43,330 nt of DNA. It comes from Chloroflexia bacterium (GTDB taxonomy: Bacteria > Chloroflexota > Chloroflexia > Thermomicrobiales > UBA6265). Each line of letters begins with the position of its first letter. Position 1 is the stretch's first letter. The DNA lies in NCBI GenBank assembly GCA_013697005.1, contig JACCXM010000368.1, forward strand, positions 1 through 43,330, written 5' to 3'. A program made the translations under genes and the position numbers. Below the pieces are notes generated by a model, which was not told the DNA's origin, ran no database searches, and saw nothing but the letters and a program-made list of their open reading frames with translations. This document shows, piece after piece, positions 7,843 through 17,301 of the stretch.

Positions 7843-10682
7843 GGGGGTGGAGTAGCGCCGGCAACAGGGTCCGGGGACGGCGTCGCTGGTACGCCCGCGG
7901 TAACGGCAAGCGCCACCAGGATACGCTCCAGCTCGGCCTGGGATTCACCGTAAGACGCCCAGTCTCCCTCCCGCAATGCGCGCTGACCGCGCTCATAGAC
8001 TGCGAGCGCATTTGCCACGTTGGACTGCAATGGCTCGACGCCAGAAACGAGGTCACCCTCGACGTTTTCCGAGTCAGCATTCGGACCCGCCTCCTGATCG
8101 GCGCCGGTCACGGCAGTAAGTGCCTCCTGCAGGGTCCCACGCATCTCGACCTGCTCGTTCGTCGCCACGATGACGAACGTCAGCTCGGTGGGCGCACCTT
8201 GAGTCCCGGTTGCTTGCAAATACACTGGCTGGACGTACATCACGGTTTCTTCGACCGGGAGCACCAACATGTTGCCACTGATCACATCAGAGCCCGACTG
8301 GTCCAGGAGCGTGAACTGAGCGGAAATTTCTGGATCCTGATTGATCCGTGCCTCTACTTGTTGCGGTCCAAAAACGTTGATCTGGCGGGGAAACCGGTAG
8401 ACGATCAAGCGCGCATTTCCGCTGGCATCGGATTGCCCGGCCATCCAGGCGGTCATATTCGGCCGATTGATCGGGGTGAAAGGACGAATGATCTTGAAGC
8501 CGGTTTCGGATTCCCCGGGAAGTGGCAGCGTCATATAGTACGGTTCCATTGGCAACAGACTCGCTTGTCGCTGCCCGTCAACCTCGATCTCCTCGGACGC
8601 AAGCTCCCACCGGTCTTCGCCGTTGTAAAACGCGGTGGGGTCGGTCACGTGATAGGCGGCAAAAACTCGCGTCTGAAGGTCGAATAAATCCTCCGGATAT
8701 CGAAAGTGTTCAGCCAGCGACGCAGGCGCTTCGCTGATCGGGCGGAACATTCCACCGAACAATTCCGCGTATGCATCTGCGATCGGGTCGGGCACCGCGG
8801 TCCGATAGAACGTGACTTCACCGTCATACGCATCGATAGTCGCTTTCACCGTATGCCGCGCGTAGTTCACCCCGGCGTATGGTGTTGCATTGGGGAAACG
8901 ATCCGTCGCCGTATAGGCATCGATAATCCACATCAAACGCCCGTCGACAATTGTGAGGTACGGATCGCCATCGAGAAGCAGAAATGGCGCGATTGCCGCG
9001 ATTCGTCCCGCGATCGTTCGCTGCAGCAGCACTTGTGACGCTCCCGTCAACTCGTTCGTGAACAGGATGCGTCGGTCGCCCAGATTGATAGTCAACATGA
9101 CCCGGCGCAAATAGTTATCGAGGAGCAGCGAACCACGAGCCACACCGGAGTATGGGACCGCGGGAGTCTCACCCGCGATGCCATTGACTTCTTGCACGCC
9201 TGTATTCACGGCGACCCAGGTACTCTCTTGCTCTCCGAAATAAATCTCCGGACGCTCTATTGTTATGACTCCGGCGGGTTCCGGCGGTATGCCCCCGACG
9301 GTAAACACAGGTAGTCCCTGGCTCGTCGCCTCATTGATCGGGCTGACAACTGCGCCGTACCCGTGGGTGTAGGTCAGGTGCTGGTTGGTCCAGGTTTGGG
9401 CGTTTTCGGGAAGGCCCGCGATATCGATCTCCCGGGCGGAAATCAGCACTTGTTGAAGCTCATCAGCTTCTGGGTAGCGATCGACGTCAACATCATTGAA
9501 GACGTAGTACGGCACGAAAGATCGAATCTGCTGGTACGTTTGCCGGGCGATCCTGTAGTCCCACAACCGGACGTTTCGGAGCAGAGGCGAGTCCGCTTGC
9601 AGGGCACTTGCCGGCGGCTCTCCTTGGCCACTGAGAGAACGCAAATCGACCCGCTCGAGATCAAACGCGGTCCGTGTCAGACTGATATTGTTTGCGATAA
9701 ATGGACTTTCACGCTGCAATTCGTTGGGCTCGACAATAGTTTGCTGCACGAGGCGTGGCACCACGCCGCCGATCGCGACGGCGGCCACCCAGACCAACGC
9801 GACGATCGCTAGCCATCGAATCTGGTCCGTGCGCCGGCTGAACAGAAGCACGCCGGCGGCCGCGACTGAGACGAATGCGAGAAGGTAGTTGAGCGGTCTT
9901 ACGATCGTTACGTCAGTAAAACTGGGACCGTAGGCGAACCCTCGGTTCGAATACTGCAGCCCATAGTTTGCCAGCACATAGCCAATGCCAAACAATATCA
10001 ACAGGATCGCCGCCAGGACCAACAGATGTCGCCGCGTGCGGGGAGAATTTCCCAACTGGTCAATGCGATCGAGCCCACGCAGACCGAGATAAATCACGAT
10101 GACGGTGACCAAGGTGACCAGCACCGTCGCAATCGCCATGCGATGGACGAGCTCAATCGCCGGAAGCAGAAAAACGTAGAACCCGGCATCCAGACCAAAA
10201 ATCGCGTCGGAGGCGCCGAAGCTCCTACCGGCAAATGCCAGGCGCCACAATGCCCATTCTTGCCCGGCAACTAAACCTGCAAAGATCGCGACGATAACGG
10301 TCAGCAACCACATGGGCCAGCGCAGGAGCCGGCTCGCCGCGAGACGCGAGCTTCTTCCTGCGCTCTCGCGCCGGCGCAGGGCCAACATCCAGTTTCCCGC
10401 AAAGAATCCGCCCACAATACCTGCCGCGGCCCCAAAAGCGAGGGCAGCCGATGTGTATCGAGTCACCAGGGCGGACTGGTAGCCAACGCTCTCAAACCAC
10501 CACCATTGAACCCAGAACGTGGCCGTGAGATAGACGAAGGCGAAGATGGCCAAGAGAACTAGCGCGGTGATCGCCATTCGCTTCGTCGACGGCGATGGCG
10601 ACCAGCCAAACGTTTCATCGCGCGCTTCCCCGCGACGGCCGGGCAACGGCATGCCTCGAAAGATTCGTCCGGCCAGATTCAT
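7839..10682 (-). CDS. UPF0182 family large membrane protein
   Basis: 947 aa. The N-terminal third has about 7 TM helices and the WWWFESVGY motif. It is followed by a large soluble domain and a low-complexity C-terminal tail, the architecture typical of UPF0182 proteins. Confidence 0.8.
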   Translation of the reverse strand: MNLAGRIFRGMPLPGRRGEARDETFGWSPSPSTKRMAITALVLLAIFAFVYLTATFWVQWWWFESVGYQSALVTRYTSAALAFGAAAGIVGGFFAGNWMLALRRRESAGRSSRLAASRLLRWPMWLLTVIVAIFAGLVAGQEWALWRLAFAGRSFGASDAIFGLDAGFYVFLLPAIELVHRMAIATVLVTLVTVIVIYLGLRGLDRIDQLGNSPRTRRHLLVLAAILLILFGIGYVLANYGLQYSNRGFAYGPSFTDVTIVRPLNYLLAFVSVAAAGVLLFSRRTDQIRWLAIVALVWVAAVAIGGVVPRLVQQTIVEPNELQRESPFIANNISLTRTAFDLERVDLRSLSGQGEPPASALQADSPLLRNVRLWDYRIARQTYQQIRSFVPYYVFNDVDVDRYPEADELQQVLISAREIDIAGLPENAQTWTNQHLTYTHGYGAVVSPINEATSQGLPVFTVGGIPPEPAGVITIERPEIYFGEQESTWVAVNTGVQEVNGIAGETPAVPYSGVARGSLLLDNYLRRVMLTINLGDRRILFTNELTGASQVLLQRTIAGRIAAIAPFLLLDGDPYLTIVDGRLMWIIDAYTATDRFPNATPYAGVNYARHTVKATIDAYDGEVTFYRTAVPDPIADAYAELFGGMFRPISEAPASLAEHFRYPEDLFDLQTRVFAAYHVTDPTAFYNGEDRWELASEEIEVDGQRQASLLPMEPYYMTLPLPGESETGFKIIRPFTPINRPNMTAWMAGQSDASGNARLIVYRFPRQINVFGPQQVEARINQDPEISAQFTLLDQSGSDVISGNMLVLPVEETVMYVQPVYLQATGTQGAPTELTFVIVATNEQVEMRGTLQEALTAVTGADQEAGPNADSENVEGDLVSGVEPLQSNVANALAVYERGQRALREGDWASYGESQAELERILVALAVTAGVPATPSPDPVAGATPPP

Positions 10683-10818
10683 TGCGGAGACGCCCTTTCG
10701 TCGATTTTCCAGATCGTCGCCGCGCGACTGCCAGCTCGCGTTTCATCTCATCAAATGTGTGACTCGGTGACTGGCGAGCGGCAGTCAGTGTACCCTGCGC
10801 ATAGCCAAAACATCGGCG

Positions 10819-11661
10819 ATGGCGGACTGTGCCAACGAAGGAATCGGGTTGCTCGAAGTCACAAGTCTGGGAAGCGGCAGTTGTGGAAACGCTCTGCTGA
10901 TTCACTGCGAAGGAACGCATCTTCTCATTGACTGTGGCATAGGTGTCCGCCGGCTCAGGACTGCGCTCGCGACGCGCTCGCTCGCTCTCGAGGATATCGA
11001 TGCCGTGCTCCTGACCCATGAGCACAGCGACCATGTTCGCGAACTTCCCAGAATGATCCTTGCGCACAAGACGGTCGTAGCCACATCAGGTTCTGCTCGC
11101 GCGACCGGAATTCCATCCGCGAACTGGGTGGAGAGCCGCACCGGTCGACCGGTCGAAATCGGGGCAGTCGAAGTATTCGCTGTTCCAGTCGAGCACGACG
11201 CCGCCGAACCTTGTGGGTTTCACATTCGCTCACGGTTCGGTTCGGTGACGCTATTGACCGATCTCGGAACCCGATCCTCGGCCGCGGCGGAAGTAATTGC
11301 TGCTTCTCGACTCGTCGTCCTCGAGGCCAATCACGATGAGGCGCTTTTGCGGCGCGGGCCATATCCTCTTCATCTGCAGCGGCGTATCCTGTCTAATTCC
11401 GGCCATCTCTCCAACGATGCCTGCGGTGAGCTGCTGGCCGCGGGTCTGCGTGGCGCAAACAGTTTGCCAACCGTGTGGCTCGCCCACCTTTCGGAAACGA
11501 ACAATCGACCCGCGCTCGCTAAGCAGACCGTGGAACGCCACCTGGCCAAGTCGGGATTGCGACTCGAAGTCGTCGCTTTGCCAAGACGTGAGTTGAGTTG
11601 CACCTGGAGTCCAGAGTCCGCGAGAAACGGCTCAGCCCAGCTTGAGCTCGATTTCTCTTGA
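10819..11661 (+). CDS. MBL-fold metallo-hydrolase (YycJ-like)
   Basis: LLIDCGIG and the THEHSDH metal-binding motif, with a C-terminal HLS motif. 280 aa. Confidence 0.8.
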   Translation: MADCANEGIGLLEVTSLGSGSCGNALLIHCEGTHLLIDCGIGVRRLRTALATRSLALEDIDAVLLTHEHSDHVRELPRMILAHKTVVATSGSARATGIPSANWVESRTGRPVEIGAVEVFAVPVEHDAAEPCGFHIRSRFGSVTLLTDLGTRSSAAAEVIAASRLVVLEANHDEALLRRGPYPLHLQRRILSNSGHLSNDACGELLAAGLRGANSLPTVWLAHLSETNNRPALAKQTVERHLAKSGLRLEVVALPRRELSCTWSPESARNGSAQLELDFS

Positions 11662-11714
11662 AAGGAGTCGTTAGCCTGATTCACTCGTGAATCGGTCGCC
11701 ATCATCAGAAAGGT

Positions 11715-12092
11715 GTGCCTGCTATGGCGATTTTGTTTCTCCTACATGACCGGCTGTCCATTACGGTGATGCTGTTTATGCTCGTGCTCGGCATTTGGGG
11801 AATCTTCACCTTTTGGCGAAAACGCGCAATGTCGGGAAGTTTTGCCGGCGCACTGGCCATTGGCGAACTCCTTGTGGTGCTCCAGGTGGCGGCGGGAGTA
11901 TTGCTGCTTGGCGCCGGCGCCCGTTCTCCCGGGGTGACTCACTATCTCTACGGCATTACGGCTATCCTCGTGCTTCCATTCGCTTGGTCGTACTTCCGCG
12001 TTCGCGATCAGCGTCAGGCACTGCTCATCTACAGCTTGGTAGCGCTCTTCATCTTTGGTCTCGCGGTTCGCGGCATGATGACCGGGCGCTGA
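11715..12092 (+). CDS. Hypothetical integral membrane protein (about 4 TM helices)
   Basis: Hydrophobic throughout. Alternative ATG start at 11724 with AAAGG upstream. I recognise no family. Confidence 0.55.
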   Translation: MPAMAILFLLHDRLSITVMLFMLVLGIWGIFTFWRKRAMSGSFAGALAIGELLVVLQVAAGVLLLGAGARSPGVTHYLYGITAILVLPFAWSYFRVRDQRQALLIYSLVALFIFGLAVRGMMTGR

Positions 12093-12201
12093 GTGATGTG
12101 ACCTGGTGTCACAGTTACCGCACTTTCGTAGGCCACACTCTCATATTGCCAACCAAGGGTCCCGGTTTTCACCGAACGAACAGTGAATCATTGACCGTTT
12201 T

Positions 12202-12223
12202 CCAGAGTGAGCGTACACTCTGG
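12202..12223. promoter_or_regulatory. Perfect 8-bp inverted repeat upstream of the HTH gene (candidate operator or RNA hairpin)
   Basis: CCAGAGTG (12202-12209), 6-nt spacer, CACTCTGG (12216-12223), about 60 nt upstream of the GTG at 12283. Confidence 0.3.
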
Positions 12224-12282
12224 CCGTACTCGTAGGTCCTTCCTGATGAGCCGGTTGCGCCGCACGGATGAAAGGAGAACCC

Positions 12283-12813
12283 GTGGAGTCAGGGCTGCCG
12301 GACTATCAAGCCGCAATCGACGACGCGTTGCAGCTCGTCTATAGCCAACATCACAGGCTCATCGGCCAGTTGCACCCAGACTCGTTCCGCGAACTTTCTC
12401 TGGACGAGTTGAGGCAGGGGCCGTTGGGCCAGGATCTTCAGCGATTAAGCACGCTGGCGCGGGGTCAGGCGCGAGAGCAAAAGGGCTTGGTCTTGTCGGC
12501 GATTGACGCGATCCTGCAGGTGCTGTTTTGGCCGGCGGCGGCCGAAGATTACACAGTACCGCGATCCTTTTGGGATACAGAACTGGGCCGCATGTTGGCG
12601 CTGGCGAAGTATCGCGCCTTCGATCCCACCGAACTTGTAAGTATTGGAAGCGCGGCGCAGCAACTCGGGGTCACGCGTCCAACCATCTATCGCTGGATGG
12701 ATGACCGGACACTCAATTACGTGCGGGATGATATGAGTGGCCGGACATTCGTTGTTCGTCGCGACATCGACAACCTCAAGCGCGTCGCCGCCGAGTTGTC
12801 AGCCGAAGGCTGA
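12283..12813 (+). CDS. DNA-binding protein with C-terminal excisionase/MerR-type helix-turn-helix
   Basis: SIGSAAQQLGVTRPTIYRWMDDRTLNYVRDDMSGRTFVVRRDIDNL matches the excisionase-family HTH pattern. I do not recognise the N-terminal 110 aa. I prefer the GTG at 12283 (AAGGAG 5 nt upstream) over the ATG at 12268. Confidence 0.65.
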   Translation: MESGLPDYQAAIDDALQLVYSQHHRLIGQLHPDSFRELSLDELRQGPLGQDLQRLSTLARGQAREQKGLVLSAIDAILQVLFWPAAAEDYTVPRSFWDTELGRMLALAKYRAFDPTELVSIGSAAQQLGVTRPTIYRWMDDRTLNYVRDDMSGRTFVVRRDIDNLKRVAAELSAEG

Positions 12814-12850
12814 TTGGCTTCCGGTCGAGCCGGCATGCCCATAGCCCTGG

Positions 12851-14041
12851 TCAATCGCGCCCGGCGGAGCGCACGCCAACAACGATGCCGTCTCTGAGAA
12901 ATATTCGCGGTACCCGCCTCCTGATTCCGACGAGAATTTCGTAGCTATTGGTCGCGGCCAGTTTCGCAATGTTCTCGACTGACGGCGCTCCGCTTTCAGG
13001 TTCACCGCCAAGAATTGAAACGTAGTCGCCAGCCTGGGCGCGCGCTCCTGTTGGTATTTCAACCACCATCTGATCCATAGATACGCGGCCAAGAACTCGA
13101 GCTCTGCAACCGTCAATCCCAACCCACCCCCGTCCGGACAGCGATCGCCGATATCCGTCGGCATACCCTATAGGGATGAGCGCTCCACGTATAGAATCCT
13201 GGGCGCGGAACGTCCGGTTATAACCGACGCTGTCTCCAGCCTGAATTGGAACGATCCGCGTGATTCTGCTTTCGATCCGAAGCGCACATTGCATGGATGG
13301 CGGAAACGGAACACCTGGTGACGGCGCCACGCCATAGAGCGCGATCCCCGACCTGACGATGTCGTAACCAGTCCCCTGACTCGTCAAAATTCCCGCGCTA
13401 TTGGCGGCATGCAAGGGTGGACACGTGACGCCCGCATCGCAGATTGACGCGACGGTGCTTTCGAACTGACGCAACTGCTCTATCGTGAACGGTTCATTCG
13501 GTTCGTCAGCCGAGGCGAGATGTGTGAACACGCCAGCGAACCGGAGATGGGCGTCGTTAGCGATACGAACGGCAAGAGAAGCTGCTTCCGCAGGTAGAAT
13601 GCCGTATCGACGAAGTCCCGTATCGATCTTGAGATGTACGGCCGTGGTCGTTCTCGGGGAAATGGTTCGCACAACCCGCTGGACCGCATCCAGGAGCAGG
13701 TCGTCGGCAACGGTGATTTCCAGACCCGCGCGGCATGCGCTCAATGCCTCCGCTGGATCGATCGAACCCAGCAAAACAATCGGCGAGTCGATCCCATGCC
13801 GGCGAAGTTCCTCGCCCTCGCTCACGGTCGCGACCCCAACTGATGCAGCGCCAGCTTCTACGGCGGCGGCGGCAATCCAGGGCGCACCATGACCGTAACC
13901 GTCCGCTTTGACGACCGCCATGAGCTTCGTCGTCGCCGGTAGCATCGATCGCAGAGTCCGTACGTTGCCGGAAATGGCATCGAGGTCCACGATCGCGCGC
14001 GTAGCGCGAAATCCATCCAGGTCGGTCGAAAAATCACGCAC
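12851..14041 (-). CDS. alr: Alanine racemase
   Basis: PLP-lysine motif AVVKADGYGHG, with the length and the C-terminal beta-domain motifs (GYADGY, RVSMD) as expected. Confidence 0.9.
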   Translation of the reverse strand: MRDFSTDLDGFRATRAIVDLDAISGNVRTLRSMLPATTKLMAVVKADGYGHGAPWIAAAAVEAGAASVGVATVSEGEELRRHGIDSPIVLLGSIDPAEALSACRAGLEITVADDLLLDAVQRVVRTISPRTTTAVHLKIDTGLRRYGILPAEAASLAVRIANDAHLRFAGVFTHLASADEPNEPFTIEQLRQFESTVASICDAGVTCPPLHAANSAGILTSQGTGYDIVRSGIALYGVAPSPGVPFPPSMQCALRIESRITRIVPIQAGDSVGYNRTFRAQDSIRGALIPIGYADGYRRSLSGRGWVGIDGCRARVLGRVSMDQMVVEIPTGARAQAGDYVSILGGEPESGAPSVENIAKLAATNSYEILVGIRRRVPRIFLRDGIVVGVRSAGRD

Positions 14042-14061
14042 GATCGTCGCTCTTCCGGGGT

Positions 14062-14559
14062 TCAGTCGTCGACAGGCCTGGCGTCGCTGACCGCCTCGAG
14101 TCGGGCAATCATCTCGACAAGACCGCTCCGCGTGGCGAGCCCGACTATCTGGCGAGCATCGTCGATGACCGGGATGGGATTGACCCGTTGCTGCGTCATC
14201 AGCGTCGCCAGTTCCGACAATGTCGCGAAATCCCGAATACTGATCACCGGCGAGGACATGAGGTCTGCCGCGGTCGACGCCAATACATGGCGAACTTCTT
14301 CGTCGAACGGCGTTCCCGCATCGGCGACAAGAACCGCATCGAAGAGCGTCGCAACGGCAGGCGCATCGACGCGTGCTTCGCGTTGGATGAGGTCGCCTTC
14401 GGTAACGATCCCAACGAGCTCGCCACCGTCGATAACCGGCACCCCAGGGACCCGATGATCGATCATCAGTCTTGCCAATTCGGATATCGGCGTAGTTGGC
14501 ATCGCTACGGGAACTTCGCGCCGCATCACGTCGCGAACGGTAAGTTCAGATATGGCCAT
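14062..14559 (-). CDS. CBS domain-pair protein
   Basis: Two CBS repeats (VRDVM...VPVIDGGELVGIVTEGDL and DLMSSPV...IPVIDDARQIVGLATRSGL). I chose the ATG at 14559, 1 nt after the nnrD stop. Confidence 0.8.
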   Translation of the reverse strand: MAISELTVRDVMRREVPVAMPTTPISELARLMIDHRVPGVPVIDGGELVGIVTEGDLIQREARVDAPAVATLFDAVLVADAGTPFDEEVRHVLASTAADLMSSPVISIRDFATLSELATLMTQQRVNPIPVIDDARQIVGLATRSGLVEMIARLEAVSDARPVDD

Positions 14560-14560
14560 G

Positions 14561-15565
14561 TCATGCCCCCAATTCTTCGAGCGCGCGCAGCTCTTCGGCA
14601 ATCGCTAGCGGAAGATCACTCGCTACAACACCGAGCGTGCCATAGCGGCGCGCGACGCGCTCAGCGGCGTGACTTCCCACGTAGAGTGCCAAACCCGCGG
14701 CATCATGTCCGTTGAGTCCCTGTGCCAGAAATGCGCCGATCGATCCGCTCAGCACATCGCCAGTTCCCGCTGTCGCGAGTGCTGGTGGCGTTTCGACGAA
14801 ACTGACACTGCCGTCCGATGTGGCTACAAGCGACGGGCTCGCTTTGAGCACAACGGTTTGCCCCCACAGCATGGCGGCATCCCGAGCCGTGGAGACGGAG
14901 TTGGCGAGGACTTTCTCGGTTTCATTCCCCACCAAGCGAGCCATCTCTCCAACATGAGGCGTGAGCACGAGTCTTCCTGGTGGAATCCGTTTCCACCAGT
15001 CTTCCTGCTCGGAGAGCCAATTTAGCGCGTCGGCATCGACGAGGATCGGTTTTCCGGAAGACTCCATGAGTCCCTCTCCTTCATCTGATCCCGGTCGGAT
15101 CACGTTGGAGCTGAAGCCAATACGCCCGCGAGGTTTCGTGAATCCAAAGAGCGCATTCAGTAAAGCGGCAGTTCCCTCATCCTTACCGAGACCCGGTCCA
15201 ATGACCATCGCTGCGGAACGTTGCAACCGCTCCTCGATTGCCTCCACACTGCGACCGGCAATAGAGGCGCTTTCACCATCCGGTAAAATAAGGATCGTGA
15301 CTTCCGGCACAAGGCCGACCACGACCTGAGCAATTGATCGCGGTAGCGCCGCGGAAACGATTCCCGCCCCCGATCTGGCGGCCGCCGCGCAACAAAGCGC
15401 CGCCGCACCAGCAAATAGTGAAGACCCAGCAACAACGACCAGGCCGCCAACGCCCCACTTGTGCGCTCCAGCGGGTCTGCGTGGCAGCACAGACTTGGCC
15501 CACGCCTCATCAATAAGATGGGGCTCGGGCAGTTCCGCGGTCTTTGCTGTGCTGTGACGCGCCAA
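14561..15565 (-). CDS. nnrD: ADP-dependent NAD(P)H-hydrate dehydratase (YjeF C-terminal domain family)
   Basis: HKWGVGGLVVVAGS and GTGDVLSGSIGAFLAQG motifs of the carbohydrate-kinase-like YjeF_C family. TTG start. Confidence 0.85.
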   Translation of the reverse strand: MARHSTAKTAELPEPHLIDEAWAKSVLPRRPAGAHKWGVGGLVVVAGSSLFAGAAALCCAAAARSGAGIVSAALPRSIAQVVVGLVPEVTILILPDGESASIAGRSVEAIEERLQRSAAMVIGPGLGKDEGTAALLNALFGFTKPRGRIGFSSNVIRPGSDEGEGLMESSGKPILVDADALNWLSEQEDWWKRIPPGRLVLTPHVGEMARLVGNETEKVLANSVSTARDAAMLWGQTVVLKASPSLVATSDGSVSFVETPPALATAGTGDVLSGSIGAFLAQGLNGHDAAGLALYVGSHAAERVARRYGTLGVVASDLPLAIAEELRALEELGA

Positions 15566-15577
15566 GATGTTGACCTC

Positions 15578-15979
15578 TCAATCCCTTCCATTACTAATGG
15601 CGCCTGAAACATCCCGCAGTGCCACCACAAACGCGATCGCCTCGGAGCGCGAGTGTGTAAGCGAAACATCGAATGACACCAATCCAAGCGCAGCAGCGCG
15701 GTCCGCCGCTCCACCGTGCAGGATAAGGATGGGTTTCCCGCGTCGGTTTGCCAGAATTTCTATTTCCCGCCAACGAATACCACGGATTCCCGTGCCGAGC
15801 GCCTTTGACGTCGCTTCCTTCGCCGCGAAACGCGCCGCGAGCTCTGAAACACGTGAGCCGTAGCGCTCACGCTCACGCTCCGTAAAGACTTTCCGGAGAA
15901 ACCGTTCTCCAAAATCCGCCAGAGTGCGCTCGATTCGGGCAATTTCGATAACGTCGGTCCCAGTCGCAACGTTGCCCAC
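15578..15979 (-). CDS. acpS: Holo-[acyl-carrier-protein] synthase
   Basis: GTDVIEIARIER, FTERER and FAAKEATSKALGTG motifs. The GTG start at 15979 gives an AcpS-sized protein. The ORF is open to 16087, but that extension has no AcpS counterpart. Confidence 0.85.
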   Translation of the reverse strand: MGNVATGTDVIEIARIERTLADFGERFLRKVFTERERERYGSRVSELAARFAAKEATSKALGTGIRGIRWREIEILANRRGKPILILHGGAADRAAALGLVSFDVSLTHSRSEAIAFVVALRDVSGAISNGRD

Positions 15980-16101
15980 ACGCTCAGCGTCGAACTCCGG
16001 CTCGTACCGCGTCAAAAATTCCTCCTGCGCTTGGCCCGGATTGTAGCCAAGTTCACGTGGCCCATTCTGGCGGCCGGCCCATCCCAACCAATGACGAAGA
16101 T

Positions 16102-17301
16102 TTAGCTCAACGCAGCTACTTCGATCGGTCGATAGTGATCCAGAAATGCGGCATGTGCCGAAGCAAACGTTCCGGTTCCGATTGCAGAGCGCATCGTTTC
16201 GATCTGACGCGCCAAAAACCGGAGATTATGCACCGATCCTAACCGAAGTCCGAGGATCTCACGAGATCGGAAGAGATGATGGATATACGACGCGGTGAAG
16301 GAAACACACGCCTCGCAATCGCATTTGGGATCAATTGGTGCGTGGAGTGCCGCGAACCGTCGCTGTTTGATATTCACGCGCCCCTCTTCCGTAAATAGCG
16401 CTCCATTACGTGCCAACCGAGTTGGCAGCACACAGTCGAACAAGTCGATCCCACGGGCAACGCCCATCCAGAGATCTTCCGGTGATCCGACACCCATCAG
16501 GTACCTTGGCTTGTTTACCGGCAAGATCGGAACGACGATTTCCAGCATTTCAGCCATCACGGGCTTCGGTTCGCCCACACTGAGGCCGCCGATTGCGCAG
16601 CCGGCGACATTTGCCTTCGCGAGCATTTCCGCGCTGGCCCGGCGCATACTGGAATCCATTCCACCCTGGCAAATCCCGAACAACGCGGAGCGAGTGTCGC
16701 CGTGCAATCTTTCAAACTCGGTGACGCACCGGCCAAGCCACCGGTGCGTACGCTCCGTTGCCACACGGACTGTTTCGCGATCCGCCGGCAGACCGACAAG
16801 GTGATCGAGCGCCATAACAATATCGGAACCCCATGTGACCTGGAGCCGAATGCATGACTCCGGGTCGAGGGCATGCTTGCTACCGTCGATGTGAGAGCGA
16901 AACGTAACACCAGATTCGCGGACTCGCGTATTCCCACCCAGGCTGAAAATTTGAAACCCGCCACTATCGGTCAGGATTGGCCCATCCCAGCCCATAAAAC
17001 GCTGGAGTCCCCCGGCCGCGACGAGGGTTTCCAGTCCAGGCCGCAACATCAGATGGTAAGTATTGGCGAGAATAATCTGGGCTCCGGTCGAGCGCACTTC
17101 GCGCGGGAGGAGGGTTTTCACCGTCCCTTGAGTTCCCACCGGCATGAACGCCGGCGTTTCGACTACGCCATGCGCAGTGTTCAACCTGCCAAGGCGCGGT
17201 CCCGGCTGTGATCCGGTCTTGAGAACGTGAAACGAGAAAGGACGCCGTTGCTCGTCACGCCATGCGATTGGTTCAACACTAGGCAGAATGGCGTTGCCCA
17301 T
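16102..17301 (-). CDS. tgt: tRNA-guanine transglycosylase (queuine tRNA-ribosyltransferase)
   Basis: TPAFMPVGTQGTVK, DSGGFQ, and a zinc site CDCEAC...H. Start set at ATG 17301. The upstream part of the 493-aa ORF overlaps the tat gene and looks non-coding. Confidence 0.9.
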   Translation of the reverse strand: MGNAILPSVEPIAWRDEQRRPFSFHVLKTGSQPGPRLGRLNTAHGVVETPAFMPVGTQGTVKTLLPREVRSTGAQIILANTYHLMLRPGLETLVAAGGLQRFMGWDGPILTDSGGFQIFSLGGNTRVRESGVTFRSHIDGSKHALDPESCIRLQVTWGSDIVMALDHLVGLPADRETVRVATERTHRWLGRCVTEFERLHGDTRSALFGICQGGMDSSMRRASAEMLAKANVAGCAIGGLSVGEPKPVMAEMLEIVVPILPVNKPRYLMGVGSPEDLWMGVARGIDLFDCVLPTRLARNGALFTEEGRVNIKQRRFAALHAPIDPKCDCEACVSFTASYIHHLFRSREILGLRLGSVHNLRFLARQIETMRSAIGTGTFASAHAAFLDHYRPIEVAALS

